45,803 bases of DNA, from positions 1-45,803 of the forward strand of contig ML002299.1 of assembly GCA_003614675.1 (NCBI GenBank), in the 5' to 3' direction. Every line of letters starts with the position of its first letter. Position 1 is the first letter of the stretch. Of the stretch, positions 22,733-35,701 are shown piece after piece. Under the pieces are notes generated by a model that was given only the letters and a program-made list of their open reading frames with translations, was not told the DNA's origin and did not search any database. The position numbers and the translations under genes were made by a program. This DNA is from Dimargaris cristalligena (lineage: Eukaryota).

Positions 22733-25700
22733 TTAAAAGGATGGTCGATCAGCCAGGGAGTGCGTCGTCAGTCCCGCCAAAGCGAATCCGGCGGCGGCCG
22801 AGTTTGATTGACTAGTCGGTGCCAAACTTAGGGATAGCTGGTGCTGCTGCTGTTCGACCACCAGTGCGGAAGTCGAGTGAAGTGCGAGCGAAGTGGCGGA
22901 GAGGCTAGAGGAAGCCTGGGCAATGGCCTGTTCCACGGAAAAGGGGGCCGAATCGTCCGACGCAAAGAGCACGCTGCTCAGTCCCGTCGACCCGATGGGT
23001 CCGTTTTCCCCGGAGCAACCCAGTCCGAGCAGGTTGGGGTCGCCAATACTACTTCCATGCGAACTAACAGGGTTGGAATCGATGTTACTGACACCGCTTA
23101 TACCCATCAGATGGCTCGTATTGAGAAACCCGGGACCGCCGGAGGTAGTGGGCGTCATATTAAAGCCGGGTATACCCATGGGAAGGTGAGGGTGGCCGGC
23201 AAGGGGGTGCTGTTGCGGCATCGGGTGATGATGCTGCTGCTGTTGGTGTTGTTGGCCCATGATCATTCGCAGCTGACGGAGTTGCCATTCGTAGTGCTGT
23301 TGTTCCTGGTGGGCCCGACTTTCACTAGCCTGCCAGACCTGGACCAGCTCTGCCTGACGGAGATGCAGATGCGCCAGTTGCTGTTCCAGATCTTGGACCC
23401 GGGTCATGAGCTGGACCCGTTCGGGAATTAAAGCCAGCAGAGCGTCCTCCACCTGCTGCTTCGACCATTGGCCCACCTGGGTTTTCATGGTATGTAGCAC
23501 TTCCAGGCTCAGCGGTTCCTCTGAGGGATTAGGGGGTGCTTGGCTTGCGAGGTGGTTCTCAGTGGGTGGTGGGGTAGTGACGGGTACCGACCCATCCACG
23601 TAGGGCACACTCTGCGAAGGGGGCGTGGACTCGACCGGCGTCACCGTGGTCGTGTTATCCGCTGTTGGGATAGCACTCGACGCGGTAGTTGCCGTAGGCG
23701 TAGGAGACGGCAAAGACAGGGGAACCGAAGCGGCAACGGAAGTGGGGGAGGGAGTGGAAATCTTGCCGCTTAGCGACAAGGGAGGGATGGGGGCACTTCC
23801 AATATCCGCCGTGGACAGCGGTTCCTCGATGGGCGAAGGGATCGAGGGGGTGAACTGAGAAGCCGCGACGGCACTCAAACCCGGTGGCGGTTTGATCGTG
23901 GTGTGTCGGAGTAGTCGCCTGGGGGGGACTACACTTGATTGAGACGTGGGGACGGAGGGAGGCGGGATGCCACTATGGTCGACTTCCGGTGGAGGCAGAT
24001 CTGGGGTCGTGGGTAGCGATTCTACTTTATCGGTAGGACTAGAGTTCTTCGGTTTGGCTAGTTGGGTAATCGGTTCAGGGGATTGGGGTGGTTCGGCTTT
24101 GGCGGCCAGCTGAGCAGGGGTGGGCGGTGGTGGCTGTTTAGGCTTCCTTGGCTTCGAACTGATCTTAGGTACTCCCGAAAGTGTAGCATTTGGACGCGAC
24201 ATTGCCTTGGTTGATTCTAAAGTTAGGACTCGCTCTGAGGTCGAAGCTCCCGTATTCGGACCGGCCACGGGGGGCTGAGTGGGACGCTTTATCGAGTCCG
24301 ATTTAGTAGTATTTGCGGCCGGCTTCGGGGTGGAAGTGACGGAGGGGGCCGTCACCGTTCTTCGTATCATAGGCTCAGGAACGGCCGTCTTACCCTTGAC
24401 TTTGGCTGCTGGCGTGGAGGAGACCATGGGTTTCTTACCGGCCGCGGGACTTGACGTTCCTCCATTAGTTGAGGCCGGGGTACTCGTAACTGCAGCTTTC
24501 CCGGTTTTAACCCCCTTCCCCGACGAAGCCGTAGTGCTCGCCATCATCATAGCCGCCGCCGCTTCCGCAGTGGCAATTTTGGATCCCTCGGGCCGTTTAC
24601 CATGGGCCCCCCCACTACCGCTATTACTTTTGGCCAAAGCCTGCTCGGCGAAGAACTTCTTCTGGCGTTCCCGCGAAATATTCGTTTCAAGGATTCGCCA
24701 GGCCTCTTTGAGTAGCAGTTTACCCGCAATGCCCGCCAGCTCTTCCCGACCCGTAAGCAGCCCTTCGGTGAAATCATCCATGATATCCTGGCGTTCCACG
24801 AGGTAGTGGGTGGTGGTGGGGCTCCATTTTTGTACAAACGCTTGAATGACCGCCTTTTCCAGCTGCTGGGCCTCGGCCATCAGGAACCCCAGACAGTCAA
24901 TGCAGACCAGGGCCAGGTCTTTGGCGGCCAACAAAGTTTCCATCGCGGAAATGGACCATCCGACCACCTGTACTTGCTGCTCCTGTTCCACCGCCCGGAG
25001 GCGGCGCCGGAATTCTTTCTTGGAGGCCTTCTCGAGGCGACCGGCCAGGGTAGGCGTACTGTCTTGCACCCAGTCCTCCCAAATGGCATCGAGTTCGGCG
25101 AAAATCCGCTCGTTACGCTTGGCCACGGTCGTGCGAATCCGCTCGATGTTGTGCTCCAGTTTGGGTTGCAGCTGCATGACAGATTGCAGGGCGTGAACCC
25201 GTAGGGGCTCGAGATCACGGATAATAAAGCCGGCCATGTTATCACCGTCGGATTCCTGATCCAACTCGGGGCTCTGGTCAGCCGGGTCCGGCCCGGGGTG
25301 AGAGGGAGATGGTGGAGGGACCTGATGGCCATCCCTTCCTTCCCCGGCCGGGACAGTGGGGTATTCCATCCCCGGGTCTGCTGGATCATTGGCATACTCG
25401 CCCGGGTGGTCCTGGGAGTGAGATGGCGAGGGTGGGGGGTGATTAGGCCGGGGGAACTGGCGTAGGGACATGAGCCGCTTCTGACACATTTCGATGCACT
25501 CCTTCAAGATGGACTCGAATTCGCTGACGAAATCACGGGCAACTCCGTAGTAATTATCCAGAAAGGACTTGCACCAACTCAGACTGATATCCCGGAGGTT
25601 GTTGAGGTAGTTACGGAATAGAATGTCCACTTGTTCCGCGGTTGGTTGGGGTTCATCGGGTTTGGCAACGACCGAACCCCCGCCTTTTTTCTTACCGGTG

Positions 25701-27700
25701 CCCCCTTTTTTAGTTAATTGGCCGTTCCGGCGGAGGGTCTCGATAGCGTTGGCCCAGTAGTCTTGGAATGGTGTGGCGATCATTTGGTGGGCCTTTTGGA
25801 AGGCCTCCTGGGTGCTTGCGCAGCCCTTCTCGAGCAACCGAACGCGCATGGCTTCGATACGCTGGACGCTCCTAATCAACAGATACGTGATTTGCCAGAC
25901 TGGGTTCATTTCGCTGTAAAAACTCTGGCGGCATTCCTCCCGGGGTCGGGCAATCTGTTCGTTGAATAGGATGCGCTGGGTCTCCAATTCCGCCGGGTTG
26001 GGGTGATCCGCATTGTTATGCTGACAGGCTGGGTAAGTATGGCTGGAAATGAGTTCCGAGGTAATATTTCCCAGGAGGGGGAAATGTTCACTCGGCAGAG
26101 TCACCTTGGGGCGGGTGACTTGGAGGGCCGGCAGCAGGAGGGCCGGGTCGGTGGGGTCTTCAGTTTCCTCAATGGGGAACATTTTGATAATCTTATCGAA
26201 GGTCAGGTCTTCGTATTCGGTCTCCAACGGGAACGTCACCGCCGAGTACCAAGCCGCCACGCGATCAATAATGGCACCGACTAGATTATGGTACTCGTTG
26301 ACCCGATCAGCGGTGGGAATGGTGGAGGCAGACGGGTCAGCATCAGTTTTGGCGGAAGCTGTACTGGTTTCGGACTTGACCCCACTGCCCGAGACCTTAC
26401 CACTCTTCTTCCCCTTGGCTTTACTCTTGCCTTTGGATTTCGATTTTGTCTTGATCTGGCCCGTACTCTCGCCCGATGTCACCGACGATGGTCCGCCCAT
26501 GGCACCCTCCGTTCCAGACCCGTGGCCGGATTGGACGGAATCGGACCGCTTTAAGGGGGTCCAGCCGCCACTCTCGTTGGCTGCGATGGTCTCTTCCAAG
26601 AACATGCGTAGCTTTTCAACCAACATTTCGGCGGTGGGAATACACTGACGCGGGTTAAAAATCGCCCCCGCCGGCCCGGGGGCTGTGCCATCGATGGGGC
26701 GGGCGAGAGGATCGGAGGGGTCACCACCAGTACCGATGGCAGATGCGGAGGTGGTGGGAGTGGGAGTGGAAGGGGTACCGTTGGCAGTGCTGTCTGGATT
26801 ATTTGTCGATGCATTAGCCGCTGGCGTGGCGGCTGCGGCCGGCTTGGCCTGATTACTACCACTACCCCCTTTGTTTTTTTTCTTGCCCCCGCCGGATTTA
26901 GCCTTGCCGCCTTTCTTCGACTGGTTCGCCCGTTCGATATTCGCCGGAATCCAGGAGGACGTATTGGCGCTGGCCAGGACGGCGCTGGAGCCATCCCCGC
27001 CGTAGAGCCGAGCGGCGAACATGCGGCGGTACACCCACTGGGCCCACTCCCGGCAGTAGAAGCAGGCCATAGTTTCGTCGTCACAAGCGCGGAAGCGACT
27101 GATTTCTTTGGTCAGCAGGGCGGTTTCGATGCGAAGGGAAGCGATGGGCGGGTGTTGAGCCAAGTCGACCTGACTGAGGGCACTTCCCGGGATCGCCTGG
27201 GGCATGCTAGACAGGGCCAGGGACTGCTGGGCGATCTCTGAGGCCAGACTAATGCGCGGCATAGTAGCGGCGACGGCGGTGGTGGTAGCGGTGGAGGTAT
27301 CGGAGGTTGACTCCAAGTCCTCCCCTTCCGTCGATACGGACGGCGGTCCTGAGGCGGTAGCAGAATTGGCCTGGGCCAACGATGGCGGAGGGAGAGGCAA
27401 ATGATGGGGCCGCATGGGCAAGGCACCGTCCCGGTCCAGCAGCGGCAAGGGACTGGTGGTGCGGGAGGTGGCATTGGACGAACCGGTAACTCGCAACGGA
27501 ATTTCAAACTGTATGCCGCCGTCAGCGGTGGGATTGCCGGTGGCGAGCAGGGCGGATCGGCCACGGGACGGGTTCTTCAGTTTGCCACCAGTATGTTTGG
27601 GCATGGCGGAACCGGAGACTTTGTCGGGTAGCTGGAATTGGTGCTTGATGATCTCCAAGCCCTGGAGAATGGAATGGGCGTCGAGGTCGAATTCGGGCAT
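22733..27700 (-). CDS. Uncharacterised 1655-aa protein (helical core, Lys/Gly-rich and Pro/Ser/Thr-rich disordered regions, C-terminal coiled coil and polyQ)
   Basis: 4968-nt uninterrupted ORF with GCCATG start context and coding-like composition. No family recognised. Confidence 0.85.
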   Translation of the reverse strand: MPEFDLDAHSILQGLEIIKHQFQLPDKVSGSAMPKHTGGKLKNPSRGRSALLATGNPTADGGIQFEIPLRVTGSSNATSRTTSPLPLLDRDGALPMRPHHLPLPPPSLAQANSATASGPPSVSTEGEDLESTSDTSTATTTAVAATMPRISLASEIAQQSLALSSMPQAIPGSALSQVDLAQHPPIASLRIETALLTKEISRFRACDDETMACFYCREWAQWVYRRMFAARLYGGDGSSAVLASANTSSWIPANIERANQSKKGGKAKSGGGKKKNKGGSGSNQAKPAAAATPAANASTNNPDSTANGTPSTPTPTTSASAIGTGGDPSDPLARPIDGTAPGPAGAIFNPRQCIPTAEMLVEKLRMFLEETIAANESGGWTPLKRSDSVQSGHGSGTEGAMGGPSSVTSGESTGQIKTKSKSKGKSKAKGKKSGKVSGSGVKSETSTASAKTDADPSASTIPTADRVNEYHNLVGAIIDRVAAWYSAVTFPLETEYEDLTFDKIIKMFPIEETEDPTDPALLLPALQVTRPKVTLPSEHFPLLGNITSELISSHTYPACQHNNADHPNPAELETQRILFNEQIARPREECRQSFYSEMNPVWQITYLLIRSVQRIEAMRVRLLEKGCASTQEAFQKAHQMIATPFQDYWANAIETLRRNGQLTKKGGTGKKKGGGSVVAKPDEPQPTAEQVDILFRNYLNNLRDISLSWCKSFLDNYYGVARDFVSEFESILKECIEMCQKRLMSLRQFPRPNHPPPSPSHSQDHPGEYANDPADPGMEYPTVPAGEGRDGHQVPPPSPSHPGPDPADQSPELDQESDGDNMAGFIIRDLEPLRVHALQSVMQLQPKLEHNIERIRTTVAKRNERIFAELDAIWEDWVQDSTPTLAGRLEKASKKEFRRRLRAVEQEQQVQVVGWSISAMETLLAAKDLALVCIDCLGFLMAEAQQLEKAVIQAFVQKWSPTTTHYLVERQDIMDDFTEGLLTGREELAGIAGKLLLKEAWRILETNISRERQKKFFAEQALAKSNSGSGGAHGKRPEGSKIATAEAAAAMMMASTTASSGKGVKTGKAAVTSTPASTNGGTSSPAAGKKPMVSSTPAAKVKGKTAVPEPMIRRTVTAPSVTSTPKPAANTTKSDSIKRPTQPPVAGPNTGASTSERVLTLESTKAMSRPNATLSGVPKISSKPRKPKQPPPPTPAQLAAKAEPPQSPEPITQLAKPKNSSPTDKVESLPTTPDLPPPEVDHSGIPPPSVPTSQSSVVPPRRLLRHTTIKPPPGLSAVAASQFTPSIPSPIEEPLSTADIGSAPIPPLSLSGKISTPSPTSVAASVPLSLPSPTPTATTASSAIPTADNTTTVTPVESTPPSQSVPYVDGSVPVTTPPPTENHLASQAPPNPSEEPLSLEVLHTMKTQVGQWSKQQVEDALLALIPERVQLMTRVQDLEQQLAHLHLRQAELVQVWQASESRAHQEQQHYEWQLRQLRMIMGQQHQQQQHHHPMPQQHPLAGHPHLPMGIPGFNMTPTTSGGPGFLNTSHLMGISGVSNIDSNPVSSHGSSIGDPNLLGLGCSGENGPIGSTGLSSVLFASDDSAPFSVEQAIAQASSSLSATSLALHSTSALVVEQQQHQLSLSLAPTSQSNSAAAGFALAGLTTHSLADRPSF

Positions 27701-30283
27701 GGCGGAGGTGGGCGGTGCTAAAGAAAAAGAAGAGGTATACAGGGTGGCGAAATGGGATTAAGGCCGACCGGTGAGACAAAACGGTGGAATGCGAGGTTCG
27801 GCGGAGAAAAAGGGGAAAACAGCCGATATTTATATATATATTTATATATATATAAAGAGAGCCAACTGAGACCAAAGTTAAGTAAAAAACCGGTGACGGT
27901 GGACTGGGCCACGGGATGACTACTAGACAAATAGAGGTGAAAGGGAATTGGGGAAGTCCGGTTTAAAAAAAGTGAGCAGAGAGAAAGAGAAAGTTGGGGG
28001 CACAGTGGCCAACTGAACCTCTCTCTGGCTAGGGTTGGAGGAGAGGTATAGTAGAGGAGAGGGCTGTCACAGACTGGGTTAGTTATACAAGTCAGCGAAC
28101 CACACAATAGGTTCCCGACTCTCCTCTGCCCCGCCTTCTCTTTATAACCCGCCCCGATCATCGCTCGCTCTCGGACAATCAATCTCGCATGCCCCACCGA
28201 TTCCTTCGACCCCGTCCGGGTAGATTCGCAATAGCCTACCCGAATCCCGTCGACTGAGCCCGGGATACCGGACGGGGGAGGGTTTCGCCCATTAAAAATG
28301 GATTCGGCAATGTAAACCCACCCAGTAGTCGAGGGGTAGCGTCCGATGAACGACACTACTTTATAATGCACGATAACGCAACGCCGATAAAGGTAGACTA
28401 GGGTAGGTCACATTAACAGCCACTGCCGACTGGTCTAGCCATTTGTACCGCACTCGCAATGGAGGGGGGCGTCTGTGGGATGGGCATATAGTCGCAATAG
28501 TCGGCCACATTACCCAATGCACCCGGAAAGTAGGCTGGTTCCATCACTGGACCACGGCGACTCTTTTGATCAGAGCATACGCACACGCTCTCTCCCGCAC
28601 AGCTCCATAACCAAACCAATATTGCAAATCGAACTTTTCACACCTAGCTCCAGCCTTACCTCCGCTGCTAATCCTTCCTGCTCAAAACAACTCCGTTCTC
28701 CACTTCCATAGCAGGCTTCTTTCGACAACTATTCAAATGAATGGGCTCCTTGGAATACCTTGAACCAGCTACCGGCATTTTCCAAACGACTGCGACGGCC
28801 CCTATTGAGTCGTTCCCTTCGCAAAGACTCCGTTGAAGTCATTCAGCTGAACTTAAACATTGGATAATTCTACCATGGGCAGCTTTGAATCCACAGGCTC
28901 TAAGCCCGATTTTTTTTCACAAAGTAACGGGAGCCCCAAGAAAAAAAGAACAGAGTGCGTGTGTGTGTGTGCATAAAACACCAAACGGTCCTGAAGGTCT
29001 TCCTTTATAATCGTATGGATCTGTAAATGCATGCATACAGGGCGGGTCTGATAGGAATAAAGAACTGGCTGTATATATGCAATAATGCTCAAAAGGCGGT
29101 TTGGACCTTCCTTCCTCTACTTTGCTATTATATATCCGCCGCAGCTGTATCTATGTCACGTCCACTAGTTCACCACGGCCTTTTCATAAAGGTCTTATAA
29201 TCCGAGGTAGGTTCCCATTCCCTTCCCAGGCATGCTGACCTCCGCCTTCTTGTCGGCTGACCTGCCCAACCGGTGGCTATTTGGATGCATGCATCGCAAA
29301 GATATAGGTACATGGCAATATTGGAATACTTGATCAAGGAACCTATGCTATTACTGACCATGTATTGATAAATGTTGCCATGACCAACCACCCTAGTTCC
29401 TCATCCGAATCCCCTGGATAGCACAACACCGGGGATGTCCGTCAACTGGGACTATATTAGCGGCAGGGAAGGGGGACATCAATATATAGAGGTACGTCTA
29501 GGTACGGGGTACTAAATGAGAGTGGGTGTACAAAGGAGTTTAGATAAATATTGGATGTCAGCTGCTGATTTCAGGTGGAACCTCAGTAGGGTATTTATTT
29601 GCATGGGCCCCAAAGAACTAGGTGGGATACTTTAAAGAGGATACTGAGTAGAATCATGGGAGAAATATTGGGACATTCGGGCAGCCACCGATAAGCGGTT
29701 CGTTACCATGAACCAAAGTCCTACTGATAAATTCTGGCTCTGGGTCGTGTCGGTGCAATTACCATGCCCGTCCCTTCGTTTTAAGCTAGTCATCAGCCGA
29801 CATTCCAAAGCCAAACCCTAATAACCCTAATTTAAGATGACATTGATCCAAGGTGCACCAATGAAGTCGTATAGAGTACCGCTGCCCGACGGTAGACAAA
29901 TCGGTATGAATCTAATACGGCCAGTGTTGTAACGGACATGATAGTGCAAACGAGTTTAACGGATTCAAACCGAGCACCCAACAGAGAAGTATATAATGGC
30001 CCTTTATGTCTTTTTGCAGAGTCGGGCATGGCAAATTACAGTATATACCACCCACCCAGCATCAGAATACAATTGCTGTTGACCAGTGCTTTAGCACAGC
30101 CTATTCGGACAGTATAGTAGTAGTATCAATCATGGATGGTAAGGAATCCCCGGAATGGGACAATATTTGCACTTTCGACTTCACCCGCTATAGCAATTTG
30201 GGAGGATATATATTCCGTATCTATAGTTCGAAACCCAACACATTAGTGGATAGTGCTTAGTTCTACACCCGGGAATATGGCTC

Positions 30284-31983
30284 ATGGGCTACGCTAGACA
30301 GCGCTGGTCCATCACCATTCGAGCCGAGGTATATGGCCCTCTTCTACCTCACACAAACCCTCTCCTTCATTCCGGCCATCCCCCCTTTCTTCTCCGGCTT
30401 GGCTGCTGCTGCTGCCTTTCTCATCGACCCTCCTCCATTAGCGCCAACCCACCCGACCTTTGTTGTCCGCCCTGCCCTACATGGAGGCACTCCTCCGGTA
30501 CTGTCTTGATCAATTAGGCCCCGTCTTTTTACCCCATGTGTCCAATGATACATTATCAACCCTCCGGCTCGTGAGCCGGGGCATTTGTCTACAGGCCACC
30601 GCGCCCCGGTTCCGCGGTCTCCTCCACTTCCGACACAAGAACTTCGACACGGTCTCGCAGCGCCAAACCAGCGAGGCCATCGTGCGCCGCATCGGCGGCC
30701 TAATACACCGCCTGCAGGTGAACCTGAACGGCCCCTGGACCCCACGGCAATTAAGTTGTCTAGTAAGGGCCGTGGGCCAGCTGGCCCACCTTCGGAGTCT
30801 CTCGTTATATTACCCGGAGGAATTTCCCATGGACCAGCTCAACCATGTACTGGTTGCCTGCTCACCCGACCTGCCGGAACTGGTGCTGCTTAGAAAACCC
30901 TTTAGGTATCGCCCGCGACCACTGCCCCGGCTCCTCAACCGAGGCAGCAGCCACAACCATAACCATAACCGCTCGGTCGAAGACCGTGGGGCCGCCCCCC
31001 CTACTCCATTGGTGGATAAACCATTGCCCATGGCCACAGAACCCCACCAACGAACACTCGGTTCCCTATCGGACCCCCTCGATTATTTTCGGAAGATTAT
31101 GCCCCTTGATGGCCTGCTCGGGCTCATGCTCCGACGTAATTTGACCATCCTGCGTACCAAAGGGCTGGACGACCACGCGTATCTTTGTATACTGGCGGGC
31201 TGCCCCGACCTCGAAGGCGTTCACCTTTTCGATGCGAGTATTACCGATGTGACTCTGCGTCGCTATGTGAACCGTCGCCATCATGCCCGACGCTGTACCA
31301 AGATTGATATCAGCTACACCCCTAACATTACCGATGCGGGGATCCTGGACTTATTAGCTGGCAGCCCCTCAACGACCGAACTGTGTCTCACTGATTGCCC
31401 CCAATTGAAGGGTGAGTTCTTAACTGGTATTACCCCTGGTCAGCTAGCCAATTTGACCGGACTCTACTTGCAGGGCGAGGTAGCTACACCCCCCTATAGC
31501 TATCCCCCCAAGCTCATGGATGGAGTATTCGCTCACTCGTGGCCCCATCTCCGTAAGGTTATTTTGTGCAAAGTAGCCATTACCGATCTGGGCATCGTCG
31601 GCATGGCCAGTAATTGCCCGCTTCTCAGGGTCGTCGAATTACGGGACTGCCGAGACGCACCCTACGGTCATCGGCACTTGATGAGCAAAGCCGTTCACCT
31701 ACGCAAACTTTGCATTCAGCCCAGTAATGCTGAGGATGTTTCCAGGGACTTCCTGAAGGGTCCGGTCGGGTGTAGACAACTTAGAACCCTAATACTAGGG
31801 GCATATCGGGTGGATCTCACGGATATCGTGGCGCATCGTACCACTCTACCTAAATTAAACGAACTGTATTTATCGGCGGTGGCTACCCCGCCGGATTTGA
31901 ATTACCTCCAAGAAGCCTGGCCCAATCTGAAAATAAAGTATCACGTTTTTCAGAATACTAATCACAGGCTACATGGTGAATAA
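30284..31983 (+). CDS. F-box-like / RNI-type leucine-rich-repeat protein
   Basis: Probable exons 30284-30328 and 30442-31983 (GTATAT...TTAG, in frame); an alternative start is ATG 30481. F-box-like LP...FLPHVSNDTLSTLRLVSR, with Cys-containing LRRs (GCPDLEGVHL, ISYTPNITDAGI, CPLLRVVELRDC). Confidence 0.8.
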
Positions 31984-32041
31984 AATACGTGAGGTGGGAC
32001 TGGTTTGGCTAGTTACAAATAAATGGCTCATCTACTATCCC

Positions 32042-32042
<1 letters not shown>

Positions 32043-32072
<30 letters not shown>
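32043..32072. repeat. (TA)15 microsatellite
   Basis: Direct reading of the sequence, just 3' of the F-box/LRR stop. Confidence 0.9.
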
Positions 32073-32076
<4 letters not shown>

Positions 32077-32565
32077 CCATCATTTAAAATCTTAAACAAT
32101 CTGGTTGAAGTTTACCCATTTGGTCCTTTTATAGCCCTTTTCCCTTCTCTCACGGGGGGTTTTTTTAGAGGCGATATCATTTTTGCCAATATGTACTTGA
32201 CAGGCCTTTGGTGAGGCCATGTACTATTTTATACCAGGCAATCCAAACAGAATGTTTATTATGTTACGTTTGCCCAATCAGCGTAATAGTTTTTTTATAG
32301 CCCTATTTAAACAATGTATAAGCAACCAGCCATTGCATACTCTTTTTCACGGACCTCGTCGAGGTCTTATTGGCAGTATTCATTACAAAGTGGCTAATAT
32401 ACCCTTTACTACTGATAATGGATGGATAAGCAGTCGGCTCTGTGGTTTAACAGTTATATTTCAAGGTAATTTCATAAACGAAATTAAAGTATACTAGATA
32501 TGGTATTGCTTTGTTATTTACCCTCGAGGCCACGCAAGCACTTTTGCACCCAGCTCTTATTTTAA

Positions 32566-32596
<31 letters not shown>

Positions 32597-34190
32597 AAGA
32601 TATTACAATCCCACTCAGCTAATCCACAAAAAGGAGGGGTGGGCAACTCCTTAGCATCTTCACCACCCAAGCTCGGCTTTACCCCAACCCCCTTCTATTC
32701 TCCAGCCAAACGGAATAGAGTTGGCAAATCACTACTACGAATGATTTTCCCTGTCCCATGTCCGCTTTAGGAAGATGGTGAACCTACGTGGTGGATCACA
32801 TGTGGAAAGAATAGAGTTGCTGTAGGGTAAAATGGTCTACTTGTCACTTTTGTAACGAGCCCCCAACGTGAATTGGGGTTAATATTACGGGGTCTATTTG
32901 GTTTTACCTCGGGATATCGCCCTAGTTAGCATTACCAGAGGAAAGCAGGAGGCAAGGTTCGGTAATGGAACCATTTATTCACCGGGGTTGGCATACTGCT
33001 GACCACTTATTGAATACAGTCGACACCTTGGTTAATATACGACGTTCTAATCCAATGTGCTTAGAAGGGCAAAGTAGAGAATATTCTTTTGGACTCGAGA
33101 AAACATGGCGCCCGTAATTTGCAAAACCACGGTAAACAAATAGTATAAACATGGAGGGGGGTGGTGGTGGATTCACATACATTGACGGCCGGTAGTGGAA
33201 AGAGATGATACACAGACATGGTCAACCCTTGACGATGGGGGGTGAGGATCAAGTGAGTTAGGGAACAACGGGCGCTGCCGATTGACCCTGCATGGGGTAA
33301 GTCATTTTTATCATTTTGATACTTGATACTATATATATATATCTATATATTTCTGGCCCGGCTAGCATCGATGATTTAGCCTCGGCATAGATTGGCCCTA
33401 TACGGTAGTTAAACTAAACTGAGCGAGTGAGGAGATCATTAGCCACCTCCCCTACACGCGTCTCGGCATGGGGGAAGAGGGGCGAGGGATGCGATGGGGA
33501 GAAAAAGGGACTCCTGCCCTAGCACGTTACGCAGCTCGCCTTAGCTTAATAAACCGGTCGACAGGGATGACTCAGCTTCCTCCGCATTGTTAATAGGCAC
33601 CGGCTATGGGATCCGGGCTAGGGCTTAGGGATCGGATAAGAGTAGGCGGATCCGTTTGTGTGGATGGGTGATGGTGTAATAAACACCCATGGTTACTCAG
33701 TAAATGCTGTTGCCAATCGCACACCCCTCTCCCTTTGCCTCTACCACGACTACTAGTTCGCTAACTCTTAAGCGGGAAGAGAAAATGGCCCGGTTGGTTT
33801 GGTTTGGCTCCGGGGCAGTTATTTGTCTACGGCAGAGAAAACCGGCCAGCCTCCGTCACGAAGAATACACAGCACGGATTGTATTAGATAGGATTAGATT
33901 GAATTGGATTGGATTTCCGAGGCATTTTGGAAACCGCAAGTTCGTTTTCATTTTATTATTTTATTCCGGGTAGGGAAAAGCCAGTCGATGTTTCATCCAT
34001 CCAGTCATTGTGATCCGTAGGTATTTAGAGGCGGCTATTCGCTTAACGGGGCGAATATCCCGTGACTGAGGCGAGTTCCCGGGGGAGCATATGCCGAGCC
34101 GCTCACCTGGCTCCCTTCCGGGACCTGCAGCCTAAATGAGGCAAGGTTACAGTGATGGAGTATCGTGTGTGTGGGTGTGTGAATATGCCC

Positions 34191-34285
34191 GAGCATGGGC
34201 ATGGGCATGGGCATGGGTATGGGTATGGGTATGGGTATGAGTACGTGTACGAGTATGGGCACGGATATGGTTATGGTTATGGGCA
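34191..34285. repeat. Degenerate hexamer tandem repeat (ATGGGY)n
   Basis: ATGGGC/ATGGGT units grading into ATGAGT/ACGTGT/ATGGTT variants. Confidence 0.85.
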
Positions 34286-34578
34286 TATATTGCTAATGAT
34301 GCCCAAAACTATGCAGGCTTCGGTTGACCAATCACCCATATTTGGCCACTCGGGAGTCGCGGACGGCGGGCGGGGGGGAGTGGGTGTGGAAACTCTAGGT
34401 AAAATACCAACTGTTATATTAATATTATTAAACTCAAGCGACTTCCACCGGCTGCTCTTTGCGCAACTAGGAATCAGCTGGGAATGCCCAATATATCAGC
34501 CTGGGAAGGGCTATGGCAAATACATGGCCAGGCGCCTGCCAATTCGATAGATGGCGGGGAAGCTGTAGGGGGAGGGGT

Positions 34579-34601
34579 GTAAGTAAGTAAGTAAGTAAGT
34601 A
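34579..34601. repeat. (GTAA)n tetranucleotide microsatellite
   Basis: GTAAGTAAGTAAGTAAGTAAGTA. Confidence 0.9.
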
Positions 34602-35701
34602 CATGGGAATGGGAATGGGTGTGGCTGGAATGAGCCGGTCGGTGGAATATTGGGTCGGAAGTGGCTTAATGGTGCTTGGTTAGGTCTTTGACGATGATGA
34701 CCAGTCCATCTTGGTAATTATGGACATGGTACCTTCCGTAGGCCTACTATATGTTTGGGAGGGGGGCATCTATCCCGCTGGCCTGGGTGGAAGTCGGTAT
34801 AACCATTCAACCGACTACCTATCCACTTTGCAGTCTTCGGAATATGGCGAAAGTTATCCATGTATAAAAACTATAGGCTTGGTTCATTAACAGATGAGGC
34901 TGGATATGGCGTAGGGGAATACCCCAATCGCCCTGGATTCTAGCAGGAGGAGGACTCCAAATAGCAAGGATTGCCCCGTCCGTCGAGGATTATAGAAATA
35001 TTGGAAAGGGGTAGGTGTATGGGATGCGACTATTATTATCCAGAAAGAGTAGTCCTATAGGCTGATCCACCAATTATTGCCATTTCCTGCTACTTCCCCT
35101 CTGCCTCTATATCTGTATTTCTCACCGCCACCTCTACTTAACCCCCCACCATATATTATCGGTACTAAGAACAAGCCGGCTTAGACTATTCAACATCGAT
35201 CGCTATTGGATTAATATTGTGGTATCCCCACCGCATAACCATTGTGAATGGGCTACACATTGCTGGGAGGAAATTTCCCTTTGACCGGATCAGGGTCGGT
35301 GGCAAGTGGCTTGTTTTCCGGCTCCCGGTGGACTCGGAAAAAAGGTAAAAATGAAGTTGGTTGAATCGGAGAGATTGGTGGGGAAGGAGTGTTTGGGACC
35401 AACGCGATAGCTGGGAACCAGTAGATGGGAATACTGTGGGTAAGGAGAATGGCTAAATGGATTGCAAGAGATGCAGCGGGAGGCCAATTGCTATAGGAGC
35501 AAAGCTCCTGGAACAAATCAAATGCAGGCCCGTGTAGTATTTTATCAGCGGTAGGAGTAGTAGTGGTTGTAGTATAATTATCATTCATTTAAGCCATGCA
35601 GGATTTTCGCAAATAGTCGGGTAGCTTCAACGGGCCATCGACACAGGTGTATTTCTCGATATGGGCGTGTGTCTGACGAGGGCGAGAAAGAGAGGCACAG
35701 C

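Noticed and set aside
22841-27761. Numerous antisense and alternate-frame ORFs inside the large genes
   Set aside because: Expected shadows of GC-rich coding sequence.
27718-28371. 217-aa minus-strand ORF upstream of the 1655-aa gene
   Set aside because: It runs through pyrimidine and TA tracts of a promoter/5'UTR and shows no protein-like features.
28700-30260. Possible hidden gene or pseudogene between the 1655-aa and F-box genes
   Set aside because: Only short ORFs without recognisable motifs or a consistent splice pattern.
33619-33630. Telomere-like CTAGGGCTTAGGG
   Set aside because: Only two imperfect units; not significant.
34152-34550. ORF encoding (HG)n(YG)n repeats
   Set aside because: A by-product of the ATGGGY hexamer repeat; GTG start and non-coding-like flanks.
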